This document shows positions 53,851 to 63,085 of a stretch of DNA of 64,000 nt, piece after piece; position 1 is the stretch's first letter, and every line of letters begins with the position of its first letter. The position numbers and the translations under genes were made by a program. Below the pieces are notes generated by a model. The model ran no database searches and was not told the origin of the DNA. It saw only the letters and a program-made list of their open reading frames with translations. The stretch is from Candidatus Cloacimonadota bacterium (GTDB taxonomy: Bacteria > Cloacimonadota > Cloacimonadia > Cloacimonadales > JAIOQZ01). The DNA lies in assembly GCA_021108395.1 (NCBI GenBank), contig JAIOQZ010000026.1:30051-94050 (forward strand). The letters are read 5' to 3'.

Positions 53851-53998
53851 TTGTTGCATTCGATGCACAATTCTGGTGCGCAATGACTGGCGTACATTGA
53901 CTGACCCGCATGGAATACCGCAATAAAATCCTTGACACATCCCCCTTGCCAGCGAGTAGGTTGCTGGATTTTTCAAAAACTAAACGACGGAGGCTTCG

Positions 53999-54421
53999 AT
54001 GAAAGTTCTCATTCGCCGGGAAGACCGTTGTACCGGATGCGGCGCCTGTGAAAAGGTTTGCTCGCTGACATGGTTTAAGGAAGAGAATCCTGCCAAGTCA
54101 CGCATCCGCGTAAGCGGCAATGAATCCGGTTATTCTCTCAATGCCTGTACCCAATGCGGCGACTGCATGCTCATTTGTCCGGTAGAGGCGCTCACCCGCG
54201 ACAAATCGGGCATTGTGCGTCTCAATCTGAAAGCATGCGTGGGCTGCCTCAACTGTGTGGGCTTCTGCCCCAGTCTGTCGATGTTCGTCGCGCCGGGTGA
54301 AGACAAACCCTTCAAGTGTATCGCTTGCGGTATCTGCGTGAAAGCTTGCCCCACCGACGCACTGTCCATCGAAGAAGTCGATGAGCCTGTCGAGCGCGTT
54401 TTCTACAGGAGGCACCTGTGA
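53999..54421 (+). CDS. Poly-[4Fe-4S] ferredoxin, AOR electron-transfer partner
   Basis: Four Cys clusters (CTGCGACEKVC, CTQCGDCMLICP, CVGCLNCVGFCP, CIACGICVKACP). Overlaps the aor start by 4 nt. Confidence 0.85.
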   Translation: MKVLIRREDRCTGCGACEKVCSLTWFKEENPAKSRIRVSGNESGYSLNACTQCGDCMLICPVEALTRDKSGIVRLNLKACVGCLNCVGFCPSLSMFVAPGEDKPFKCIACGICVKACPTDALSIEEVDEPVERVFYRRHL

Positions 54422-56592
54422 TTAGAACAAAAGTTGCATACGACCTGCAAGCCATCAAGGCCAAGCACGAACTGCTGGCCGAATACAAGTACGATATAAA
54501 GCCCATCGACCGCGGCTACAACAACCGCACATTGCACATCGACGTGGGCAGCCGCGCTATCACCGAGAAACCGGTGAGCGGCGAGATGAAGCGTCTGTTC
54601 ACCGGCGGCAAGGGCTTTGGCATGCGCCTGTTGTGGGATGCCACGCGCCCCCAGACCAAGTGGAACGACCCCGAAAACGAGATTGTCTTCGCCTTCGGCC
54701 CCATCTGCGGCATCACGCAGTATGCAGGCACCGGCAAGACACTCGTCGTCACCATCTCCCCCGCCACCGACATCCCCATCGACAGCAACGTGGGCGGCTA
54801 CTTCGGCCCATACTTCAAGTTCGCCGGATTCGACGCCCTCGAGCTTCAGGGTATCTCCGACCGCGAAGTCATCATCTATTTCGACGGCGACAAAGGCGTC
54901 ATCAAGATATTCTCGGCGCCGGACGAAGAGATAAACTCCCACCTTCTGGCCGAGCAGCTCATCGAGATGTACGCCAAAGACGAGCAGGAGAAGAAGAGCT
55001 TCTGCACCGTCTCCGCCGGCGAAGGCTCCGACCACGCCTACATGGGCTGCCTGAACTTCTCGTTCTATGATCGCCGTCGTCAGTTGGCCCGTCTCAAGCA
55101 GGCCGGTCGTGGTGGCATCGGCAGCGTGTTCCGCAAGAAGAAGATCAAGGCGATGGTCATCAAGTACACCGGCACAACGCCCAACAACAACAACGTGGCC
55201 GACATCGAGACCATCAAAGCCGTTGGCGCCAAGTACCACCGCGAGATGTATGAAAACGACGACGCCCAGTGCGATATGCGCCACACCGGTACCCCACACC
55301 TCATGGAGATCATGTGCGACTACGACCTGCTGCCCACCAAGAACTTCCAGTTCGGCGGCGACGCCGAGCAGATCGGCAAGGTTGATTCGCATATCTGGCG
55401 CGAGATGTTCACCCAGGGCATTCCAGACGGCTGCTGGTACGGCTGCTCGATGGCCTGTGCCAAGGTCATCGACAACTACATGCTCCGCACCGGCCCCTAC
55501 AAGGGTCATGTGGTGAGCGTGGACGGGCCGGAATATGAAACCGCCGGCGCTTCCACCAACATGAACATCTACGATCCGCACTTCATGGCCGAGATGAACT
55601 TCTATTGCGATACCTACGGCGTCGATACCATTTCCTTCGGCACCACCATGGCTTTCGTGATGGAATGCTACGAAGCTGGAATCTTGAATCTGGAGATTAC
55701 CGGCGGCTACGACCTCTCGTTCGGTCGCGGCGAGGAGAGCATGGAGATGCTGCACCAGATCGCCCGCGGCGAAGGCTTCGGCAACCTGGTGGGCAAGGGC
55801 ATCCGCTGGCTGAAGAAATACTTCGTCGAGCACTACGGCGCAGACCCCCAGTTCCTCGAAGACATCGGCATGGAAGGCAAGGGTCTGGAGTGCTCGCAGT
55901 ATGTGAGCAAGGAGTCGCTGGCCCAGCAGGGCGGCTACTTCATCGCCAACAAAGGCCCGCAGCACGATGAAGCCTGGCTCATCTTCATGGATATGGTCAA
56001 CAAGCAGATTCCCACGTTCGAGGACAAGGCGAACGCGCTCTATTACTTCCCGCTGTGGCGTACTTGGTTTGGCCTGCAAGGGCTGTGCAAGCTGCCCTGG
56101 AACGACGTCGAGCCGACCAACAACGCCGAGACCGACGAACCGGCGAAGGTGCCGGAGCATGTCGAGAACTACCGGCAGCTCTACAACGCCGTCACCGGAC
56201 AGAACATCAGCGCCGACGACATCATCAGCCAGTCGGAGCGCGTGTTCAACTTCCAGCGTATCTTCGCCATCCGTCGCGGCTACGGTACCCGCGAACACGA
56301 CCGCTGCCCCTATCGCGGCATGGGCCCTGTCACCGAGACGGAATACCTGTCCCGCGCCGAGCGCTACGACAAACAACTGGTCGAGATACTCGGGGTCAAC
56401 CCTGAGGGCAAGTCCACCGCCGAGAAGATGAAACTACTGCGCGACTATCGCGAAGGCCAGTATCAGAAGCTGCTGGACGCGGTTTACGCACGTCGTGGCT
56501 GGAGCCGCAACGCCGTGCCCACTGTCGAGCATCTCAAGTCCATCGGCATGGACCTCCCGGAGCTGCTCGAAGTGGTGAAGGCAAACCTGTAA
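54418..56592 (+). CDS. aor: Aldehyde:ferredoxin oxidoreductase family (tungstopterin) enzyme, long form
   Basis: N-terminal GYNNRTLHIDVG....TGGKGFGMRLLWD and GPEYET motifs typical of AOR. 724 aa. Confidence 0.88.
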   Translation: MIRTKVAYDLQAIKAKHELLAEYKYDIKPIDRGYNNRTLHIDVGSRAITEKPVSGEMKRLFTGGKGFGMRLLWDATRPQTKWNDPENEIVFAFGPICGITQYAGTGKTLVVTISPATDIPIDSNVGGYFGPYFKFAGFDALELQGISDREVIIYFDGDKGVIKIFSAPDEEINSHLLAEQLIEMYAKDEQEKKSFCTVSAGEGSDHAYMGCLNFSFYDRRRQLARLKQAGRGGIGSVFRKKKIKAMVIKYTGTTPNNNNVADIETIKAVGAKYHREMYENDDAQCDMRHTGTPHLMEIMCDYDLLPTKNFQFGGDAEQIGKVDSHIWREMFTQGIPDGCWYGCSMACAKVIDNYMLRTGPYKGHVVSVDGPEYETAGASTNMNIYDPHFMAEMNFYCDTYGVDTISFGTTMAFVMECYEAGILNLEITGGYDLSFGRGEESMEMLHQIARGEGFGNLVGKGIRWLKKYFVEHYGADPQFLEDIGMEGKGLECSQYVSKESLAQQGGYFIANKGPQHDEAWLIFMDMVNKQIPTFEDKANALYYFPLWRTWFGLQGLCKLPWNDVEPTNNAETDEPAKVPEHVENYRQLYNAVTGQNISADDIISQSERVFNFQRIFAIRRGYGTREHDRCPYRGMGPVTETEYLSRAERYDKQLVEILGVNPEGKSTAEKMKLLRDYREGQYQKLLDAVYARRGWSRNAVPTVEHLKSIGMDLPELLEVVKANL

Positions 56593-56617
56593 CGCTACCG
56601 GATAACACAATAACAAT

Positions 56618-56645
56618 GGGAGGCAGCTCTCTGTCTCCCTTTTTA
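56618..56645 (+). terminator. Rho-independent terminator after aor
   Basis: GGGAGGCAG-CTCT-CTGTCTCCC (9 bp including one G-T pair) followed by TTTTT. Lies 26 nt after the aor stop. Confidence 0.7.
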
Positions 56646-56646
56646 T

Positions 56647-56887
56647 ATCTTTGTGGGGTAAACCTTTTGCGGGTATCAGACACCAGGAAGCCAGCCCATA
56701 CCCCCCTGTCAAGGGGGGAAGACCCGTATTCGGGTCAGGGGGGTATGTCCCGTCCTGAAATCGTAATCGGAAAATTCAAAAAAAGAAAAGACAATCCCCC
56801 CCTGCTTCGCTTCGCAAAGCGTCCCCCCTTGACAGGGGGGTGCATGAAAAATGAAGACCCGGTAATCCGTGATAAACCTTTAGTCTT
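56647..56887. repeat. Structured C6/G6-tract spacer with an exact 18-nt inverted repeat
   Basis: CCCCCCTGTCAAGGGGGG at 56701-56718 and its exact reverse complement CCCCCCTTGACAGGGGGG at 56823-56840. Extra G6 at 56738-56743 and C7 at 56796-56802. Hairpin GACCCG-TATT-CGGGTC at 56721-56736. Confidence 0.8.
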
Positions 56888-57520
56888 ATGAAGCTAACCG
56901 AAAAGGCTTTCTTCGCGCATCATGACAGGGATGTGCTGGCTGCGCTTCGCCAGGCGACGGTGGGCGTCGCCGGCGCTGGCGGACTGGGATCAACCGTAGC
57001 TCTCAGCCTGGCCAGGGCGGGAGTGGGGCGGCTCATCATCGTCGATTTCGACACTGTCGAGCCGTCTAACCTCAACCGGCAGCAGTACACCACAGACCAG
57101 GTGGGTCGGCCCAAAGCGCTCGCCCTGCGCGACAACCTCATGGCCGCCCAGCCGTTCTCGCGTTACGATGCCGGCGTCGAGCGCATCACGCCCAACAACA
57201 TCGAGCGCTGCTTCGGCGACGCCGACCTGCTCATCGAGGCGTTCGACCGCGCCGAGGAGAAGGCCATGCTGATCGAGGCGTGGTGTTCGCTGCATCCCGA
57301 CCTGCCCATCATCGGCGCTTCGGGCATCGCCGGATGGGGCAGCAACGAGTCACTGGCCACCCGTCGCTACGGCAACCTCTGGCTCTGCGGCGACTTTGAA
57401 AGCGAGCTCGAGGAGGGCATCGCGCCAATGGCGCCGCGGGTGGGCATTGTGGCCAACATGCAGGCCAACCTCGCCATCGAACTGTTGGTGACGAGCTATA
57501 GAAACAGGAACAACGCATGA
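56888..57520 (+). CDS. thiF: ThiF/MoeB-family E1-like adenylyltransferase (short ThiF type)
   Basis: VGVAGAGGLGSTVALSLARAGVGRLIIVDFDTVEPSNLNRQ nucleotide-binding motif. 210 aa. Confidence 0.8.
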   Translation: MKLTEKAFFAHHDRDVLAALRQATVGVAGAGGLGSTVALSLARAGVGRLIIVDFDTVEPSNLNRQQYTTDQVGRPKALALRDNLMAAQPFSRYDAGVERITPNNIERCFGDADLLIEAFDRAEEKAMLIEAWCSLHPDLPIIGASGIAGWGSNESLATRRYGNLWLCGDFESELEEGIAPMAPRVGIVANMQANLAIELLVTSYRNRNNA

Positions 57521-57714
57521 TAACTGTGAACACAGAGAGCTTTCCCTGGGAAGAGGGACTGACAATAACCCGGCTTATCAAGCGGAAGCGCTTCACATTC
57601 CGTATGCTCGTCGTGAAAATAGACGGAGCGGTAGTGAAGAAGCCCGCCTGGCCCGAAACGAAGATTCCCGACGGCGCCGATGTGCAGGTGATTCACCTGA
57701 TGAGCGGAGGGTGA
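57517..57714 (+). CDS. thiS: ThiS/MoaD-family sulfur carrier protein
   Basis: 65 aa ending ..VIHLMSGG (C-terminal Gly-Gly). 4-nt overlap with thiF. Confidence 0.8.
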   Translation: MITVNTESFPWEEGLTITRLIKRKRFTFRMLVVKIDGAVVKKPAWPETKIPDGADVQVIHLMSGG

Positions 57715-58010
57715 TTTGTAAAAATCAGCCGAACTGATTCTTTTAGATCAGCGGCGGGTAAGACAGGGGCTTTGCCCCTTTGAAGGCTCACTCCGTTACA
57801 CTACGTGACGTAACCCCATCCACTTTTTGTAAAAAGTGGAAACAAAAACTTTTACGGATACTTCGTATCCTGTGCTCGGAATATTCTTTTGAGACAAAGG
57901 AAACGAAGGTTCCTGTCATGTAGCGAAGTGACTCTTATAGAGAAGCTTTTTGGATTTTACCTTTTTCTCGAAAAAGGTAAACTTGTCTTTGTCAACACAA
58001 GGAATAATAT
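57715..58010. repeat. Mosaic palindromic-unit intergenic repeat, copy D
   Basis: Units at 57723-57739, 57765-57779 AGGGGC-TTT-GCCCCT, 57820-57839 CCACTTTTTGTAAAAAGTGG, 57856-57870 GGATAC-TTC-GTATCC, 57899-57913 GGAAACGAAGGTTCC and 57957-57980 TTACCTTTTT-CTCG-AAAAAGGTAA. Block at 57783-57809, with an inverted copy at 57915-57936. Confidence 0.85.
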
Positions 58011-58021
58011 TTGGAGGACAC

Positions 58022-59452
58022 ATGACATCGGCCCTTGAAAACGCAAAAAAAATGATCGCAGAGCATAGTATCAAAGCGATAGACCTGAAGTATTCCGACT
58101 TGGCGGGCAACTGGTATCACATCACCTTTCCGTCACGCCGGTTGGAAGATGTGATGCAGAATGGCATCTCGTTCGATGGTTCGTCCATCCCCGGCATGCG
58201 CTCGGTGGAGAGCGGCGACATGGTGCTGCTGCCCGACCTCGAAACAGCCATCGTCGATCCGTTCACCCGCTGCTCCACACTGCGGATGCTGTGCTACATC
58301 GCCGACGCCGACACCCGCGTGGGAGTGAAGAAAGACCCGCGCAGCGTGGCCAATCGCGCCCAGGCCTACATGAACTCCACCGGCATCGCCGACCAGTCGC
58401 TGTGGATACCGGAGTTCGAGTTTTATCTGTTCAACGAAGCCAAGATTAGAAACGGCAAGTATGCCGCCGGCTACAGCTTCTCCTCAGCCGAGAACAAGGA
58501 AGACCTGCCCATGGGCTATGAGGACAAGGACGGCACGGCAGTCGCCAATCGCAAGGGCTATCACATCGACGTACCCTTCGACAAGTATGCCGACGTGCGC
58601 CAGGAGATGGTCGAGCTGATCGAGGACATTGGCTGCCGCGTTCGCTATCATCATCACGAGGTGGGCCTCAGCGCGCAGCAGGAGATCGAGACGGAACTGA
58701 CGCCGTTTGACGAGATTATCGACAAGATGATGTACATCAAAGATATCATTCACAACTGCTCGCTGCAACACAACCTCACCGCCACCTTCATGCCCAAGCC
58801 CCTCTATGACGAGCCGGGCAACGGGATGCACTTCCATATCCAGTTGAAAAAGCAGGGACGCAATGTCTTCTTCAAGCAAGGCGGCTACGCCGATCTCTCG
58901 AACGAAGCGCTGTGCTTCATCGGCGGTATCCTCAAGCATGGCCGTTCGCTCACAGCCTTCACCAATCCCAGCACCAACTCATACAAGCGTTTGCTGCCGG
59001 GCTTTGAAGCGCCGGTGCGACTGTTCTTCGGGCTGGCAAACCGCTCGGCTACTATCCGCATTCCCAAGTACGCCACCAGCGAAAGCGCCAAGCGCATCGA
59101 ATTCCGCACTGGCGACGGCACCTGCAACTACTATCTGGCGATGAGCGCGCTGCTCATGGCCGGTCTCGACGGCATCAAGCGCAACATCATGCCCACGCCC
59201 GACAACGGCATGGGGCCGTTCGACGACAACGTGTTCAACTGGTCGGAGGAGAAGAAGGCGCGGCTCGTTTCCATCCCCACTTCGCTCGAAGAAGCCCTGC
59301 AAGCCCTGAAGGACGACCACGACTACCTGCTGGCAGGCGATGTGTTCAACATCGAGCTGATTGAAAGCTGGGTGAGCGAGAAGATGAAAGAGGTGGTCGC
59401 GGTGCGCAACCGTCCGCATCCGTTCGAGATGAACCTGTACTACAACCTGTAA
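58022..59452 (+). CDS. glnA: Glutamine synthetase, type I
   Basis: ATG 58022 with GGAGGA upstream. FDGSSIPG, GNGMHFH and NSYKRLLPGFEAP motifs. Confidence 0.92.
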   Translation: MTSALENAKKMIAEHSIKAIDLKYSDLAGNWYHITFPSRRLEDVMQNGISFDGSSIPGMRSVESGDMVLLPDLETAIVDPFTRCSTLRMLCYIADADTRVGVKKDPRSVANRAQAYMNSTGIADQSLWIPEFEFYLFNEAKIRNGKYAAGYSFSSAENKEDLPMGYEDKDGTAVANRKGYHIDVPFDKYADVRQEMVELIEDIGCRVRYHHHEVGLSAQQEIETELTPFDEIIDKMMYIKDIIHNCSLQHNLTATFMPKPLYDEPGNGMHFHIQLKKQGRNVFFKQGGYADLSNEALCFIGGILKHGRSLTAFTNPSTNSYKRLLPGFEAPVRLFFGLANRSATIRIPKYATSESAKRIEFRTGDGTCNYYLAMSALLMAGLDGIKRNIMPTPDNGMGPFDDNVFNWSEEKKARLVSIPTSLEEALQALKDDHDYLLAGDVFNIELIESWVSEKMKEVVAVRNRPHPFEMNLYYNL

Positions 59453-59650
59453 GCGCTAAGAGATAGGGGCACCGCCCTTTTCAAGGCTCACTCCGCTTCG
59501 CTACGCGACTTGAACCCCGTCCACTTTTTGCAAAAAGTGGAATCAAAAACTCTTAATGGATGCTACGCATCCTGTGTACAAGACAAATCTATATGTATGT
59601 AGGAAACGGCGTTTCCGCAAGAGTTTTTGATCAAATTTTTTACATATGTT
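59453..59650. repeat. Mosaic palindromic-unit intergenic repeat, copy E
   Basis: Colinear with the first ~140 nt of copy D. GC hairpin, block at 59483-59509, 59521-59540 CCACTTTTTGCAAAAAGTGG, 59558-59572 GGATGC-TAC-GCATCC, 59602-59616 GGAAACG-G-CGTTTCC. Confidence 0.85.
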
Positions 59651-59745
59651 TGGCGCGTGAAATGTACTTTTTTCCGAAAAACATTGCGCGTCTGTCCCGT
59701 TTTCATTTTAATGAACTCACAGTATAAAGGGACATAACCGGAGGC

Positions 59746-60894
59746 ATGATGGAATACTTCCTGACCGAAGAACAGAATGAGATTCGTGACATTGCACGCA
59801 AGGTGGCCGAAGAGAAGATAAAACCGTTGCGTCAGCAATATGACCATGAAGGCATCTTCCCCTGGGATGTTGTCAAGGTGATGGCGCAGACCGACCTCTT
59901 CGCCGTGCTCATTCCCGAGGAATACGACGGCATCAGCGGCAAGGTTACCGATCTGGCCATCGTCACCGAGGAGCTGAGCCGCGTCGATGCCGGCATCGCT
60001 CTGGCGTTCGGCGGTACTGGACTGGGGGTCTATCCCATCATCATCTCTGGCAACGAAGAACAGAAACAGAAATACCTGCCGCGTGTGGCTTCCGGCGAAT
60101 CGCTCTGCGCCTTCGCACTCACCGAACCAAACGCCGGTTCCGACGCAGGCGCCATCGAGACGACCGCTGTCCGCGACGGCGACCACTTCATTATCAACGG
60201 CACCAAGCAATGGATAACCAACGGCGGCGAAGCTGATATTTATACCGTGCTCACCATCACCGACAAAAGCAAAGGCGCTCGTGGCGCGTCCATGTTCATT
60301 GTCGAGAAGGGCACGCCTGGCTTCAGTTTTGGCAAGAAAGAAGACAAGATGGGCATCCGCGCCTCTGCCACCCGCGAATTGATATTTGAAGACTGCCACG
60401 TTCCGGCGACCAACCTGCTGGGACGCGAAGGCCACGGCTTCATGGTCTCTATGAAGACATTCGACAAGAGCCGCCCGATGGTGGGTGCACAGGCTGTGGG
60501 CATTGCCCAGGGCGCCTACGAAGAAGCCGTGAAGTTCGCCAAGGTGCGTCATCAGTTTGGCAAGCCGGTCAGCAGCTTCCAGGCTGTACAGTTCATGCTG
60601 GCCGACATGGGCACGCAAATCGAGGCGGCGCGGTGTCTTGTAATGGCCACCAGCCGCATGATCGATGAAGGCGTGAAGCGTTACAGCAAAGAATCTGCCA
60701 TGTGCAAGCTCTTCGCCAGCGATGTGGCCATGAAAGTTACTGTGGACGCCGTGCAGGTTATGGGCGGCGCCGGCTATATGCGCGAATACCCGGTCGAGAA
60801 GATGATGCGCGACGCCAAAATTACCCAGATTTATGAAGGCACCAACCAGATAATGCGCTCAGTTATTGCCTCGAACCTGCTGAAAGAATTTTAG
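59746..60894 (+). CDS. Acyl-CoA dehydrogenase (short-chain/butyryl-CoA dehydrogenase-like)
   Basis: LTEEQNEIRDIARKVAEEKI.. N-terminus, FALTEPNAGSD, and a C-terminal catalytic Glu region (YEGTNQI). The start could be the second ATG at 59749. Confidence 0.9.
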   Translation: MMEYFLTEEQNEIRDIARKVAEEKIKPLRQQYDHEGIFPWDVVKVMAQTDLFAVLIPEEYDGISGKVTDLAIVTEELSRVDAGIALAFGGTGLGVYPIIISGNEEQKQKYLPRVASGESLCAFALTEPNAGSDAGAIETTAVRDGDHFIINGTKQWITNGGEADIYTVLTITDKSKGARGASMFIVEKGTPGFSFGKKEDKMGIRASATRELIFEDCHVPATNLLGREGHGFMVSMKTFDKSRPMVGAQAVGIAQGAYEEAVKFAKVRHQFGKPVSSFQAVQFMLADMGTQIEAARCLVMATSRMIDEGVKRYSKESAMCKLFASDVAMKVTVDAVQVMGGAGYMREYPVEKMMRDAKITQIYEGTNQIMRSVIASNLLKEF

Positions 60895-60923
60895 GGGTGA
60901 GCTACAAAAAAGGACAATCTCCT

Positions 60924-61352
60924 TTATTCTTTCCCAGAAGATTGTGGATATTCAGACACTAATTGCTCACTTTTACAAAAGGGACAAACGGTAAATTCGC
61001 AATGTATCATTTTATCACATGATGAGCAAGTTGTTAGAGGTTGCTCCTCTTGGCAATTCGGGCACACAGTGAACTCAGGATGTATCATTTCTTTGCAGAA
61101 TGGGCACATTCTTAATTGTTGCTTCTCTCTACAGAAAGGGCACACAGTAGCTTCCCGATTGATCATTTTCTTGCAGAATGGACATTGACGTTTTTCACGG
61201 CTATCACCGACTAGAGCAAGAACAACCATGATGATGACACCAAGAGGGCCCAACAATACGCCTACAACGAAGCCAGCACAGCCGAGGCCCTTTGGATTCC
61301 CGATTATACTGCCGATAATACCACAGACAATCCAAATTGCCACGAATTCCAT
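60924..61352 (-). CDS. Membrane protein with three tandem zinc-ribbon repeats
   Basis: Two N-terminal TM helices, then three 26-aa units of the form xCPFCKxMIxxExTVCPxCxxEQ. AGGAGG RBS. AT-rich relative to flanks (about 35% G+C in one sampled 60-nt stretch). Confidence 0.7.
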   Translation of the reverse strand: MEFVAIWIVCGIIGSIIGNPKGLGCAGFVVGVLLGPLGVIIMVVLALVGDSREKRQCPFCKKMINREATVCPFCREKQQLRMCPFCKEMIHPEFTVCPNCQEEQPLTTCSSCDKMIHCEFTVCPFCKSEQLVSEYPQSSGKE

Positions 61353-61414
61353 AGCAGCCTCCTGAACAGAGCTAAGTCACTCACTTTTTGCAAAAAGCGA
61401 GCTTGCCTTCCTCT

Positions 61415-63085
61415 TCATTTATCTTTCGCCACCTTCGCCCAGGTGTCGCGGAGGGTGGCGGTGCGGTTGAACACCGGCGCGTCAGGGCGGCTGTCTTCGT
61501 CGGCGCAGAAGTAGCCCAGCCGCAGGAACTGCACACGGTCGCCTGGTTGCGCCTCGGCCAGTCCAGGTTCGAGCTTGCAGCCGCGTAGCGCTTCGAGCGA
61601 GTCGGGGTTGAGGTCGTCGATGAAGTCGCCGGTGCGTTCGCCGGGGGAGGCCTCGCGGAAGAGGTAATCGTACAGGCGCACCTCGGCGTCGATGGCATGA
61701 GCCACGCTGGCCCAGTGCAGGGTACCCTTCACCTTGCGTCCGTCATCGCTCCAGCCGCCGCGGGTGGAGGGGTCGTAGTCGCAGTGCACCTCGACCACGT
61801 TGCCGTCGGCGTCCTTCACGGCGCGGGTGCAAGTGACGTAGTAGGCATGTTTGAGCCGCACCTCTCTGCCCGGTGTGAGCCGGAACCACTTGCGCGGCGC
61901 GTCCTCTAGGTAGTCGCCCTGCTCGATCCACAGCTCGCGACCAAACGCGAGCTTGCGTTTTCCTGCGCTTTCGTCCTCTGGGTTGTTGTCGGCATCCAGC
62001 CATTCGACCTGATCTTCGGGGTAGTTGTCGATGATGAGCTTGAGTGGCCGCAGCACGGCCATCACGCGGGAGGCGCGACGGTTGAGGTCTTCGCGCAGGC
62101 AGTAAACCAGCAGCGAATAATCGACCACGCTGGCCGCCTTGGCCACGCCGATGCGGTTCATGAACTCGCGGATGGACTCCGGCGTGAAGCCGCGTCTGCG
62201 CAGTCCGCGCAACGTGGGCATACGGGGGTCGCTCCAGCCGTTCACGTGGCCTTCCTCGACCAGCCGCCTGAGGCGACGCTTGCTCATGATTGTATAGCTG
62301 AGATTGAGGCGGGCGAACTCGATCTGCTGCGGGTGGCAGGGCACGTCGAGGTTGTCGAGGAACCAGTTGTACAGCGGACGATGATCCTCGAATTCGAGCG
62401 AGCACAGCGAATGCGTGATGCCCTCGAACGCATCTGAGAGACAGTGAGTGAAGTCGTACATCGGGTAGATGCACCAGGTGTCGCCCGTGCGGTGGTGATG
62501 CTCCCGCTTGATGCGATAGATGACAGGGTCGCGCATGTTGAGGTTGGGTGAGGCCATATCTATTTTGGCGCGCAGGGTACGGCTGCCATCGTCGAACGCG
62601 CCCGCCTTCATACGGCGGAACAGGTCGAGGTTCTTCTCGACGCTACGGTCGCGCCACGGGCTTTGGCGACCAGGCTCGATAATCGTGCCGCGATATTCCT
62701 TCATCTGCTCTGGAGTTAGGTCGCACACGAAAGCATTGCCGGACAGGATCAGCTCCTCGGCTGACTGGCAGAGGCGCTCGAAGTAGTCGCTGGCGTAGTA
62801 CAGCCGGTCTTCCCAGTCGAAGCCGAGCCAGCGGATGTCCTGCTGGATGGCGTCAACGTACTCGACATCCTCTCCGGCGGGGTTGGTGTCGTCAAAACGC
62901 AGGTTGTATTTGCCGCCGGTGTCTTCGGCAATGCCGTAGTTTATGCAGATGGCCTTGGCGTGGCCGATGTGTATGTAGCCGTTTGGCTCCGGCGGAAAGC
63001 GGGTGTGCACGCGACCGTCGTTCTTGCCGGCGGCCAGGTCGGCTTCAACAATCTGGCGAATGAAGTTGGTGGGCGTTTCGCTCAT
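61415..63085 (-). CDS. glnS: Glutamine--tRNA ligase
   Basis: [14 protein letters not shown] (HIGH) and TIMSKRRL (KMSKS) motifs. 556 aa. Confidence 0.93.
   Translation of the reverse strand: MSETPTNFIRQIVEADLAAGKNDGRVHTRFPPEPNGYIHIGHAKAICINYGIAEDTGGKYNLRFDDTNPAGEDVEYVDAIQQDIRWLGFDWEDRLYYASDYFERLCQSAEELILSGNAFVCDLTPEQMKEYRGTIIEPGRQSPWRDRSVEKNLDLFRRMKAGAFDDGSRTLRAKIDMASPNLNMRDPVIYRIKREHHHRTGDTWCIYPMYDFTHCLSDAFEGITHSLCSLEFEDHRPLYNWFLDNLDVPCHPQQIEFARLNLSYTIMSKRRLRRLVEEGHVNGWSDPRMPTLRGLRRRGFTPESIREFMNRIGVAKAASVVDYSLLVYCLREDLNRRASRVMAVLRPLKLIIDNYPEDQVEWLDADNNPEDESAGKRKLAFGRELWIEQGDYLEDAPRKWFRLTPGREVRLKHAYYVTCTRAVKDADGNVVEVHCDYDPSTRGGWSDDGRKVKGTLHWASVAHAIDAEVRLYDYLFREASPGERTGDFIDDLNPDSLEALRGCKLEPGLAEAQPGDRVQFLRLGYFCADEDSRPDAPVFNRTATLRDTWAKVAKDK

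Noticed and set aside
56650-56710. Possible TPP (THI-box) riboswitch upstream of thiF-thiS. GGGTATCAGACACCAGGAAGCCAGC vaguely resembles ..CCGUAUCACCUGAUCUGGAUAAUGCCAGCG..
   Set aside because: The invariant CUGAGA element and the expected P2/P3 architecture are absent. The similarity is limited to a few short words. I kept it only as an unclassified structured spacer.
57880-58021. Glutamine riboswitch or sigma-54 (-24 GG / -12 GC) promoter in front of glnA. GGAAACGAAGGTTCC resembles part of the glnA RNA motif.
   Set aside because: The same GGAAAC..GTTTCC unit also occurs between convergent genes (45974-45988) and upstream of acd (59602-59616), so it is a dispersed repeat unit. I found no TGGCAC-N5-TTGC match in the spacer.
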